A stretch of DNA of 53,783 nucleotides, taken from contig CAYOHS010000001.1 of NCBI GenBank assembly GCA_964403865.1, forward strand, positions 1-53,783. Direction: 5' to 3'. Both the position numbers and the translations under genes were made by a program. This DNA is from an uncultured Candidatus Saccharibacteria bacterium. GTDB taxonomy: Bacteria > Patescibacteriota > Minisyncoccia > Phycocordibacterales > UBA2100. The notes under the pieces are model-generated. The model saw only the letters and a list, made by a program, of their open reading frames with translations. It searched no databases and was not told the origin of the DNA. Positions within the stretch are counted from its first letter, which is position 1. Every line of letters begins with the position of its first letter. Positions 8,917 to 16,319 of the stretch are shown piece by piece.

Positions 8917-10167
8917 TCAGTATCCCCACGGCTGACGCAGTGGCTTCGGGACCATGCCGATCAGAGGCCGCCAATCGCCCCAGATGCTCTTGCTCAGAGC
9001 TTCCTCCAGCCCGAGCCAGAACGTATCCTCGTGTTCGCAATTGATGATCGCGACCTCGGGATGCTCAGAGAGGTAGAGCGCTTCGGCGATGTAGAACACG
9101 TTGTTGGCCAACGTGCGACGCAGTCCGCGAGCTGGGTCCATGTCGTGCAGGGACTTGTACGAGGGACGTGACTGGACACGTTTCTGATAGATCCGCTCCG
9201 CGAGATAGTCGTACTCACCCGCGAGGCGGTATGCCATGTCGAGGTATGGTTCGATGATATCGATCCATGCTCGCGCGATCACCGGTCTCCCTGATCTCTC
9301 GGCGAGTGGCTGTACGACATCGCGTACCAGACCCTCGCGCGATGCGGTAAGCGCCTGCGCGATCTCATCATCGCTGCGCGCATGCCACTGCGAGCGACCG
9401 AAGAGTCGGGCGCGACCCGTAAGCTGCGTACCGAGCTGCTTCTCCACCTCCGGCACCGCCATGAAGATGAAGGGGTGGAAGTGTTCCCGCAGACGCGCAT
9501 CGAGCAGTTCCGGCCCAGGGACGATGAAATCCGTAGGGCAGTCGATCTCGCTCAGCAATGTCCCCAGTCCTTGTACCACACGATTTCTGGTCCGTTCTGG
9601 CAGCTCCGCGACTACATCGGTGTGCGGGGCATTGAACAGCGCACAGCCGGTGATAAGCACCCGCTCTATGGCATGCGTGCTCGTCGTACGGAACACCGGC
9701 GCGAGCCGTGTCTCGAGTCGCGAGCGTACCGACGGTGTCGGCACTGTCTCGATAGCGCGTTCACGCCAGGAGGGGAACGCGTCGTGAACGCCCTGGTGCC
9801 AGCGGGGATCCCACGGTGCATCCGTGTGCCGCATCCAGGGTTCCCACGAGGCGAATTGCACAGCGAGATTCTTGAGCGCTTGCCGGAAATCAGTCGAGAC
9901 CCAATGTATCTTCGCGTTCACGGCGACGACGAACGGCATCTCAGATGCCCACTCAGGCAACTGGAATCCTTCTGAGCGCATGCGATGGGTCGCAAGGCGC
10001 AGGAAACTGTTGCGGAACGGCGCGTCGCTACCGAAAAGCGCGATATGCGTCCGCTCGGGGCCCTGTGGCGCACAGAAGGTGTACGTCTTCTGTCCCAACT
10101 GATGCAGTGCAGCGAGTGCGCGCTGCGCGACTACATCATCCGCGGATGCGGTGAAGATCGGTTCCAT
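8917..10167 (-). CDS. Hypothetical 416-aa cytoplasmic protein with no recognisable motif
   Basis: Long ORF with G/C-rich third codon positions. A strong Shine-Dalgarno GAGGAGG lies 7-8 nt upstream of the ATG at 10167. No signal peptide or TM segment. Confidence 0.8.
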   Translation of the reverse strand: MEPIFTASADDVVAQRALAALHQLGQKTYTFCAPQGPERTHIALFGSDAPFRNSFLRLATHRMRSEGFQLPEWASEMPFVVAVNAKIHWVSTDFRQALKNLAVQFASWEPWMRHTDAPWDPRWHQGVHDAFPSWRERAIETVPTPSVRSRLETRLAPVFRTTSTHAIERVLITGCALFNAPHTDVVAELPERTRNRVVQGLGTLLSEIDCPTDFIVPGPELLDARLREHFHPFIFMAVPEVEKQLGTQLTGRARLFGRSQWHARSDDEIAQALTASREGLVRDVVQPLAERSGRPVIARAWIDIIEPYLDMAYRLAGEYDYLAERIYQKRVQSRPSYKSLHDMDPARGLRRTLANNVFYIAEALYLSEHPEVAIINCEHEDTFWLGLEEALSKSIWGDWRPLIGMVPKPLRQPWGY

Positions 10168-10190
10168 AGGTAGTCCTCCTCAAAGAGCTT

Positions 10191-10400
10191 GGAGCAAGGC
10201 TCCACCGGACCTCATGGTCCGGAAAGAGATTTCGAGAGAACGCTCACTCCGTGCCACGAGAAAAGCCCCGATGAGGGGCTTTCTGAAGTGGCTCGGATCG
10301 TGATGATCGCTTAGCAATGCAGAGTGCCCCGCTCGAGGTGGGTACGCTTCGGACACATATGAAGCATCGCTGTCATATATCGAACGTAGCATGCGTACAC
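10191..10400 (-). promoter_or_regulatory. Structured 5-prime leader with an intrinsic-terminator hairpin (candidate riboswitch or attenuator, or a separate sRNA) upstream of the 416-aa orphan
   Basis: On the minus strand, AAAGCCCC-ucauc-GGGGCUUU (10262-10282) is followed by UCUCG. Two further hairpins, CCGGACC/GGUCCGG (10205-10222) and GGAGC/GCUCC (10191-10203), sit between it and the SD. An upstream GCGGGGC could pair with the terminator's 5-prime arm. A possible promoter is TTGCAT-17 nt-TACGTT near 10385-10413. Confidence 0.45.
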
Positions 10401-10450
10401 GTGCTATGCAACAGCTGTGGATAACGAGAGGGTCGTGCTAGCATGCCTGC

Positions 10451-11443
10451 ATGTTAGTCGACGATGTCACGGTACACCTCAAGGCTGGGAAAGGCGGCGA
10501 TGGCGCCGCTGCGTTCCAGAAGGTGAAGCTCATGCAGGGTCCCACGGGCGCCGATGGTGGGCATGGCGGCAGCGTATACGTCGAAGGTGTCTCAGACATC
10601 AACGCTCTCATGACCTTCGCGAGCCGACGCGAGATCGCGGCGGAGGACGGCAAGAACGGCCGCGGGCAGTTTATCGACGGGCGTCGCGGTGAAGACCTCG
10701 TGCTCAAGGTCCCGCGCGGCACGCGGGTGACGAATCTCCAGACCGGTTCTGTGCGCGAGGTCAACGAGCTTGGCGAACGCGTACTGCTCGCCGGTGGCGG
10801 CAAAGGCGGCCGTGGCAACTTCAAGTTCCGCTCGTCAACCAACACCTCGCCGATGGAGTACGAAGAGGGGACGCCGGGGGATGAGGCCGACTTCCGTTTT
10901 GAACTCCTCCTTATCGCCGATGTCGGGCTCGTCGGTCTGCCGAATGCCGGTAAATCATCGCTCCTGAATGCGGTCACCAACGCAAAGTCTAAGGTGGCAA
11001 ACTATCCCTTCACGACTCTCGAGCCGCACCTCGGTGATTTCTACGGCACTATCATCGCTGACATACCGGGCCTTATCGAAGGTGCCGCACAGGGCAAAGG
11101 GCTCGGGGATAAATTCCTCAAGCACATCGAGCGCACGCGTACGCTTTTCCATCTCATATCGGCGGAGAGCGATGATGTGTTGCGCGACTATACGACCATC
11201 CGGGCAGAGCTCGAGGCCTACAGTCCGCTCATGCTCGAGAAGGACGAGCATGTCTTCCTCACTAAGTCTGACATGGTGTCGCCAGAAGAACTCAAAGAAA
11301 AGCTCGCCAAGCTCAAGAAAGCGAAGATCAGTGCGATCGCGATCTCCGTCCTCGACGACGCAAGCATGGATGCGCTCAAAAAGGTGCTCACGGGCCTTGC
11401 CCGGCGGGCGGAAGCCGATGTTTCTCTCGGAGGTGAGTCGTGA
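10451..11443 (+). CDS. obg: GTPase Obg/CgtA
   Basis: Gly-rich Obg fold (KAGKGGDGAAAF, GGHGGSVY, GGKGGRGN). G domain with GLVGLPNAGKSSLL, YPFTTL and DIPGLIEGA. Confidence 0.95.
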   Translation: MLVDDVTVHLKAGKGGDGAAAFQKVKLMQGPTGADGGHGGSVYVEGVSDINALMTFASRREIAAEDGKNGRGQFIDGRRGEDLVLKVPRGTRVTNLQTGSVREVNELGERVLLAGGGKGGRGNFKFRSSTNTSPMEYEEGTPGDEADFRFELLLIADVGLVGLPNAGKSSLLNAVTNAKSKVANYPFTTLEPHLGDFYGTIIADIPGLIEGAAQGKGLGDKFLKHIERTRTLFHLISAESDDVLRDYTTIRAELEAYSPLMLEKDEHVFLTKSDMVSPEELKEKLAKLKKAKISAIAISVLDDASMDALKKVLTGLARRAEADVSLGGES

Positions 11444-11493
11444 TAGGGTACCGGCTGGCTCATCCGAGCCTCAACCAAAAGGGGAGAGATGAC

Positions 11494-11802
11494 ATGTCCT
11501 CAGTGTTCATGTTTATGGTTATCGCGTTCGTGTTCATCGCGATAGCTCTGCACTTCGCCCGCTCATCGTTGCTTTACGGAGGCGGGTTCGCCATCATCGC
11601 ATCCGGTCTCCTCGTCGCATCCGGTCATGCGCTATTCGCTGAAAACCAGCGGATGGCCCTGGCAAAGATGTGTACGATGCCAGACCGACTCCGACACAGC
11701 GTGCCCTGCACGCTGACGGCCGTGATCGAGTACGACCCGTCGACCAGGTACACCTCAGTCACCTTCAAGAACGCAGACAGGGTTGCTGATCAGGTCAGAT
11801 GA
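11494..11802 (+). CDS. Small membrane protein (two TM segments)
   Basis: The ATG at 11494 is preceded by GGGGAGAG. The product begins MSSVFMFMVIAFVFIAIALHF. The ORF track start at 11440 overlaps obg and lacks an RBS. Confidence 0.6.
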   Translation: MSSVFMFMVIAFVFIAIALHFARSSLLYGGGFAIIASGLLVASGHALFAENQRMALAKMCTMPDRLRHSVPCTLTAVIEYDPSTRYTSVTFKNADRVADQVR

Positions 11803-11830
11803 CTCGTGGCGAGGCTTCTCGTATCCCACT

Positions 11831-11856
11831 GCCCGGCGGAATCACTTCCGCCGGGC
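11831..11856 (+). terminator. Intrinsic terminator (GCCCGGCGGAA-tcac-TTCCGCCGGGC)
   Basis: Perfect 11-bp stem followed by GATCCTTTTAA. Confidence 0.6.
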
Positions 11857-11889
11857 GATCCTTTTAATATGACGCTGTATAATCGATAG

Positions 11890-12477
11890 ATGTCCGTTGA
11901 GCCTGGCTTGAACACAGCTCAGATCACTGCGGTGATCTTCGATTTCTTCGGCGTCATATGTTCAGAGGTGGCGCCACGATGGACACGTAAGCGACTGCCA
12001 GCAGAAGATGTGCACGATATACACGAGCGATTCATACGGGATGGCGACACCGGAGCGAAGACACCGGAAGAGGTATATGCCAATCTTGCCGCGCTGGCGG
12101 GCATGGAATCGTCGCAGGTCAAGAACGAATGGCAAGACCTCATATCGATCGATCGGAAAGTTGTCGAGTTTATACGAGCACTACGGGGCCGCGTGAAGCT
12201 GGGATTATGCTCGAATGCCTGGAGTGATTTCATCAGACCCATCCTGAAGGATGAAGATCTCGAAGGTCTTTTCGATACCATAGTCATCTCGAGTGAAGAG
12301 CGTGTTGCGAAGCCTGATGAGCGCATCTTCTTGCTGGCCGCACAACGGCTCGGTGTCTCTCCACAGGAATGCCTCTTCATCGACGATAGCCCGGTAAACG
12401 CGGCAGTGGCCGCGCGACTAGGGATGCGCAGTATCATTTTCACGGAAATATCGGATCTGGATCACGTTTTGGCCTAA
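11890..12477 (+). CDS. HAD-superfamily hydrolase (subfamily IA-like) with atypical motif I
   Basis: Motif I reads VIFDFFGVI, so the Asp+2 position is Phe. A CSNAW motif and FIDDSPVN (motif IV) are present. TATAAT (11878-11883) lies 6 nt before the ATG. Confidence 0.8.
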   Translation: MSVEPGLNTAQITAVIFDFFGVICSEVAPRWTRKRLPAEDVHDIHERFIRDGDTGAKTPEEVYANLAALAGMESSQVKNEWQDLISIDRKVVEFIRALRGRVKLGLCSNAWSDFIRPILKDEDLEGLFDTIVISSEERVAKPDERIFLLAAQRLGVSPQECLFIDDSPVNAAVAARLGMRSIIFTEISDLDHVLA

Positions 12478-12503
12478 CGCCGGGCGGACGGTACACTAGT
12501 GCG

Positions 12504-14198
12504 ATGCTCCAATCGACCGCGCTCAAGGTACTGCAGACGGGCGCCAATGTGTTCCTGACGGGAGAGCCGGGCAGCGGCAAGACCCATACCATCAATGCGT
12601 ATGTCGCGTGGCTTCGCGAGCGTGGCATCGAGCCGGCGATCACGGCGTCGACGGGGATCGCCGCGACTCACGTGGGTGGTATGACCATCCACAGCTGGGC
12701 GGGCATCGGCGTACGCTCGACACTGACCCCGTACGATCTCGATACGATCAGCTCGAGCAAGCGCGTCATCGAGCATGCTCGTGGCACCAATGTCCTCATC
12801 ATCGACGAGGTCTCGATGCTCAGTCGCGATACCCTGAGTATGGTCGATGTCGTGCTTCGCGAGGTGCGCCAGCGTGATATGCCATTCGGCGGCATGCAGG
12901 TGGTGCTCGTCGGCGATTTCTTCCAGCTCCCGCCAGTGGTGCGCCGAAGCGAATCGCAGCTTGATAATGATGATGGTCCGCGTGCGCCGTTCGCATTCAC
13001 CTCGATCGCCTGGGATGCGCTCAATCCGATAGTCTGCTATCTGCATGAACAGCATCGCCAGAGCGACGAACCCTTTTCGCGCCTCCTGGCCTCACTGCGC
13101 AAGGCCGATCTCGATGAGTCTATCCACGACACACTGACCTCGCGTGCCATCTCGTTCGACGATATCCCTGCCGATGTACCGCGGCTCTACTCACACAACG
13201 CCAATGTCGATCGACTCAACGACGACCGTCTCACGACCCTCCACGGCAAGGAGCACACCTACGTGATGTTCAGTCGCGGGGCGCCGCATCTGATAGAGAA
13301 TCTCAAGCGCGGCTGTCTCTCGCCCGAGGCACTCGTGCTGAAAGAAGGTGCGAAGGTCATGTTCACCAAGAACGACCCGGCCGGCGCATATGTAAATGGG
13401 ACGCTCGGGGTCGTCGAATCGTTCACCTCGGGCGGGGCGCCTGTCGTGCGCACGTCGCATGGGAAGCGTATCGAAGTCGAGGCCACCGAATGGAAGCTCG
13501 AAGACGGAGGGAAGACACTCGCACGTATCTCGCAGCTCCCGCTCCGGCTCGCGTGGGCCATCACTGTGCATAAGAGTCAGGGGATGACGCTCGATGCCGC
13601 GGCGGTCGATCTCTCTCAAGCATTCGAGTTCGGCCAGGGATACGTCGCGCTCTCTCGCGTACGCTCGCTCGACGGCCTCTACCTCCTCGGCTACAACCAG
13701 CGTTCGCTCGAAGTGCATCCGGAGGTGCACGCACAGGATCTAGCGTTCAAGAAGAATTCCGCCGCAGCGCGGAAGCTCTTCGAGACGATGGACGAGATGG
13801 AGCACCGTACGCTGAGCGATGCCTTTGTGCGTGCCTCTGGTGGTGATCCAGCGGGCGGCACCGTACCCATGAAGAAGACCAAGAAGACACGGCAGAAAGG
13901 TGATTCGGTACAGAAGACGCTCACGCTCATCAAAGAAGGGAAGGGGATTGCTGATATCGCGAAGGAACGCGATCTTGCCCAGACGACGATCATCGGGCAC
14001 ATCGAAGAACTCTACATGCAGGGCAAGCTCGACAAGCGCGACGTCGAGCGCGTCGCTCCGCGCAAGATATTGGAAGTGCTCGCCGATATCGCCTCGGCAT
14101 TTGATGCTCACGGCGGCGAGAAGCTCGCACCAGTCCATGCCGCACTCAAGGGCAAGTACACATTCGACGAGCTCCGCCTCGCGCGAGTGCTGTTATAA
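12504..14198 (+). CDS. Pif1/RecD-like SF1B DNA helicase with a C-terminal helix-turn-helix domain
   Basis: Walker A GEPGSGKTH, LIIDEVSML, VLVGDFFQLPPV and ITVHKSQGMTLD. The C-terminal segment KGIADIAKERDLAQTTIIGHIEEL is HTH-like. Confidence 0.9.
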   Translation: MLQSTALKVLQTGANVFLTGEPGSGKTHTINAYVAWLRERGIEPAITASTGIAATHVGGMTIHSWAGIGVRSTLTPYDLDTISSSKRVIEHARGTNVLIIDEVSMLSRDTLSMVDVVLREVRQRDMPFGGMQVVLVGDFFQLPPVVRRSESQLDNDDGPRAPFAFTSIAWDALNPIVCYLHEQHRQSDEPFSRLLASLRKADLDESIHDTLTSRAISFDDIPADVPRLYSHNANVDRLNDDRLTTLHGKEHTYVMFSRGAPHLIENLKRGCLSPEALVLKEGAKVMFTKNDPAGAYVNGTLGVVESFTSGGAPVVRTSHGKRIEVEATEWKLEDGGKTLARISQLPLRLAWAITVHKSQGMTLDAAAVDLSQAFEFGQGYVALSRVRSLDGLYLLGYNQRSLEVHPEVHAQDLAFKKNSAAARKLFETMDEMEHRTLSDAFVRASGGDPAGGTVPMKKTKKTRQKGDSVQKTLTLIKEGKGIADIAKERDLAQTTIIGHIEELYMQGKLDKRDVERVAPRKILEVLADIASAFDAHGGEKLAPVHAALKGKYTFDELRLARVLL

Positions 14199-14205
14199 TC
14201 TCGGG

Positions 14206-14538
14206 ATGAGTATCGGTCGTCATCATCAGAGCCTGCGCCGCAGGCTCTACAAGAATCTCGAACCGTATCCGCACCCGAAGCGGTTCACCAGGCTGCTCGA
14301 TAGGCTGGTGTTCGCCGTCGGTTTCATAAGCCCGATGTTCACGCTCCCTCAACTGTATGTGATCTATGCTGGACACACGGCCCTCGGTGTCTCGCCGGTC
14401 ACCTGGGGCGCGTATGCGCTCTTCGACATCCCCTGGATACTCTATGGATTCGTCCACCAGGAGCGGCCGATCATCTTTGCGTACACCTTGTGGCTGACCG
14501 TCAATACGCTTGTGTGCATCGGAGCGCTGCTATACTGA
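14206..14538 (+). CDS. PQ-loop / SemiSWEET-like small membrane protein
   Basis: 110 aa with three predicted TM helices and a PQ motif in the first (SPMFTLPQLYVIY). TATAAT (14194-14199) lies 6 nt before the ATG. The listed ORF from 13900 is an out-of-frame run-in across the helicase's 3-prime end. Confidence 0.6.
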   Translation: MSIGRHHQSLRRRLYKNLEPYPHPKRFTRLLDRLVFAVGFISPMFTLPQLYVIYAGHTALGVSPVTWGAYALFDIPWILYGFVHQERPIIFAYTLWLTVNTLVCIGALLY

Positions 14539-14543
14539 GCACT

Positions 14544-14939
14544 ATGCAGTTCATCGTCCTGTGGCTCGTATCGTTGCCCATAGTGGTGGCAGGCGATATC
14601 CTCTGGCTCGGTTTCGTGATGAAAGACTTTTATCGCGCTCACTTGGGTCACTTGATGGGCGGCATAGTATGGCCTGCGGCCGTGGCGTTCTATCTGATGT
14701 ACTCAGCAGGAGTAGTCTATTTTGCTGTGCTTCCAGGTATCGCGTCTGGCTCGATCGTCAAGACCATCATGCTTGCGGCGCTCTTGGGCGCGTTCGCGTA
14801 TGCGACCTACGATCTGACGAATAACGCGACGCTGCGCGATTGGCCGCTTGCCGTGACGATCATCGATATCCTCTGGGGTGCGTTCCTCTCGGGTGTCGTA
14901 GGTGCCGTGGGTTTCTCTGTCGCTCGCTGGCTGGCGTAG
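14544..14939 (+). CDS. DUF2177-like integral membrane protein
   Basis: MQFIVLWLVSLPIVVAGDILWLGFVMKDFYRAHLG plus further TM helices. TATACT (14531-14536) lies 7 nt before the ATG. Confidence 0.65.
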   Translation: MQFIVLWLVSLPIVVAGDILWLGFVMKDFYRAHLGHLMGGIVWPAAVAFYLMYSAGVVYFAVLPGIASGSIVKTIMLAALLGAFAYATYDLTNNATLRDWPLAVTIIDILWGAFLSGVVGAVGFSVARWLA

Positions 14940-14956
14940 CGAGCTTCTCTACTTCG

Positions 14957-15658
14957 ATGTACTTCCTATTCATCTGCGTCGGTGTCGTCATCGCGGCCCT
15001 TTTTGCATGGCAGCTCGGTGAATTCGTGCGCCGACTCCGCTTCAGCCGCGAGTACGTGCGCAAGACCCGCGCCTTTCAGTGCGAAGGCAACACCGGTGCA
15101 TCGCTCCTCGTCCTTGGCGATAGTACTGCGGTCGGCGTCGGTGCCGATAGGCCGCAAGAGTCGGTACCCGGACTGATGGCACACGCACTTTCGATCGATT
15201 CTGTCGAAAACAGAGGGGTGTCCGGAGCACAGGTCAAAGACCTCATGAGTCAGATCGGTCGCGCACGCCGACAAGCCTACACCTACATCCTCATCATGGT
15301 CGGCGGCAACGACATCATCCGCTTTCACGCTGCCTCCTCGACAGCGAAACTGTTGGCTCGCGCCTTGAGGCATCTGCCGCGGGCGGAGCAGGTCATCTTG
15401 CTCACTGCCGGCAATGTCGGCAGCGCACAGATGTTTCCTGCACCAGTGCGAGCATGGTATGGCAGGCTCAATCGCGAGTACCACGCCCGTTTCGAAGAAG
15501 CAGCGCGGCGCGAAGGTATCATGTACGTCAATCTCTCGTCGGGAAGCGGGGAAGACCCCTTCGCCAAAGACCCCGATCGCTACCTCGCACCAGACGGGCT
15601 ACACCCCTCGTCGGAGGGCTACCGCCTGTGGTGGCAGCGGATCGCCGCTCACGCTTGA
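14957..15658 (+). CDS. SGNH/GDSL-family hydrolase with an N-terminal membrane anchor
   Basis: Block I LVLGDSTAVG, block III MVGGNDI and block V DGLHPS. The ATG at 14957 gives an N-terminal TM (MYFLFICVGVVIAALFAW). Confidence 0.85.
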   Translation: MYFLFICVGVVIAALFAWQLGEFVRRLRFSREYVRKTRAFQCEGNTGASLLVLGDSTAVGVGADRPQESVPGLMAHALSIDSVENRGVSGAQVKDLMSQIGRARRQAYTYILIMVGGNDIIRFHAASSTAKLLARALRHLPRAEQVILLTAGNVGSAQMFPAPVRAWYGRLNREYHARFEEAARREGIMYVNLSSGSGEDPFAKDPDRYLAPDGLHPSSEGYRLWWQRIAAHA

Positions 15659-15689
15659 CCAGTCTGCGCAATACGCATACGCTCATCGT

Positions 15690-15902
15690 ATGGACGCGAT
15701 CGTCGCCAACACCATCCACGCGAAGCGGAGCGAATCCGGGTGGACCCAGGAGGAGCTCGCGGAACGGATCGGTGTCACGCGACAGACGATCATCGCCATC
15801 GAGAAAGGGAATTACACACCGTCGGTCTTGCTTGCCCTGAAATTGAGTGCATGCTTCAAGGTGAGCGTGAACGATCTCTTCTCTATCCGCCATGAACGAT
15901 AA
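15690..15902 (+). CDS. XRE-family helix-turn-helix transcriptional regulator (70 aa)
   Basis: WTQEELAERIGVTRQTIIAIEKGNYTPSVLLALKLSACF is a canonical Cro/C1-type HTH. Confidence 0.9.
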   Translation: MDAIVANTIHAKRSESGWTQEELAERIGVTRQTIIAIEKGNYTPSVLLALKLSACFKVSVNDLFSIRHER

Positions 15903-16254
15903 CCGCTGGCTCGAATATGTGATCCTTGTGGCGCTCGTCGGCGTCGCACTCGTGCTTCTCGACCCGATGCACTGGTGGATGCCGAGCATGGTACAGATGG
16001 CTGCACTCGCAGGCCTGGTAGCGGTCTTCGCGGTACTCGCCGCGATCTTGGTCCGTGACAGTGCCCGCGATGAACGCGAACAGCAGCTCCGCTCCAGTTC
16101 CGGCAGGGTAGGGTTCCTCGTGGGTGCAGGCGTGCTGGTCATCGCTATCGTCTGGCAGGGGTTCCTGGATATGCTCGATCCCTGGCTGGTGTACGCGCTC
16201 GTCGCGATGGTGTGCGGCAAGATAGTCGCGCGTGTCTACGCAGAACAAGCCTAA
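15892..16254 (+). CDS. Small membrane protein coupled to the XRE regulator
   Basis: Its start overlaps the regulator's stop codon by 11 nt. Three or four hydrophobic helices. This pairing is common for YozG-like regulators. Confidence 0.65.
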   Translation: MNDNRWLEYVILVALVGVALVLLDPMHWWMPSMVQMAALAGLVAVFAVLAAILVRDSARDEREQQLRSSSGRVGFLVGAGVLVIAIVWQGFLDMLDPWLVYALVAMVCGKIVARVYAEQA

Positions 16255-16270
16255 GCTCCTGTGGATAAGT

Positions 16271-16292
16271 GATGTAAAGTTCACTTTACATC
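16271..16292. promoter_or_regulatory. Perfect 10-2-10 palindrome GATGTAAAGT-tc-ACTTTACATC; candidate XRE operator over the -35 region of the dipZ-like/msrA/msrB promoter
   Basis: I verified all 10 base pairs by hand. It is A/T-rich within a GC-rich genome. It ends 14 nt upstream of TATACT (16307-16312), which lies 7 nt before the ATG at 16320. Confidence 0.5.
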
Positions 16293-16319
16293 CGTCATTT
16301 ACTCTTTATACTTTCTCCC

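Noticed and set aside
10180-10392. 70-aa minus-strand ORF spanning the structured leader upstream of the 416-aa gene
   Set aside because: It runs straight through three hairpins. Its third codon positions are much less G/C-biased than in the real genes here. It has no RBS or -10-to-ATG arrangement. I treat it as non-coding leader RNA.
10168-10450. Possible SRP RNA, tmRNA, RNase P RNA or T-box in the long obg-upstream spacer
   Set aside because: The GGUCCGGAAAG string on the plus strand superficially resembles the SRP helix-8 GGAA loop region, but the flanking AGCA/GGUCA symmetric-loop motifs are missing. There is no tmRNA 3-prime CCA-arm or RNase P GAGGAAAGUCC box. The plus-strand GGUGGGUACGC only loosely resembles a T-box, lies after the hairpin rather than before it, and precedes obg rather than an aminoacyl-tRNA synthetase.
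11890-12477. HAD protein with Phe at the Asp+2 position (DFFGV) as a possible pseudo-enzyme
   Set aside because: Several genuine HAD subfamilies (dehalogenases and some mutases) lack the second Asp, and the rest of the motifs are intact. There are no grounds to call it inactive or a pseudogene from sequence alone.
13900-14538. 212-aa ORF fusing the helicase's 3-prime region with the SemiSWEET-like gene
   Set aside because: The first ~100 codons overlap the helicase in another frame and give Arg/Ser-rich low-complexity sequence. The hydrophobic PQ-loop protein starts cleanly at the ATG at 14206 behind a TATAAT box. Similar run-in extensions were trimmed at 5132, 14490, 14840, 15414, 17995, 18641, 19438, 21077, 22443, 27996, 30705, 31900, 45187, 46215, 50060 and 51289.
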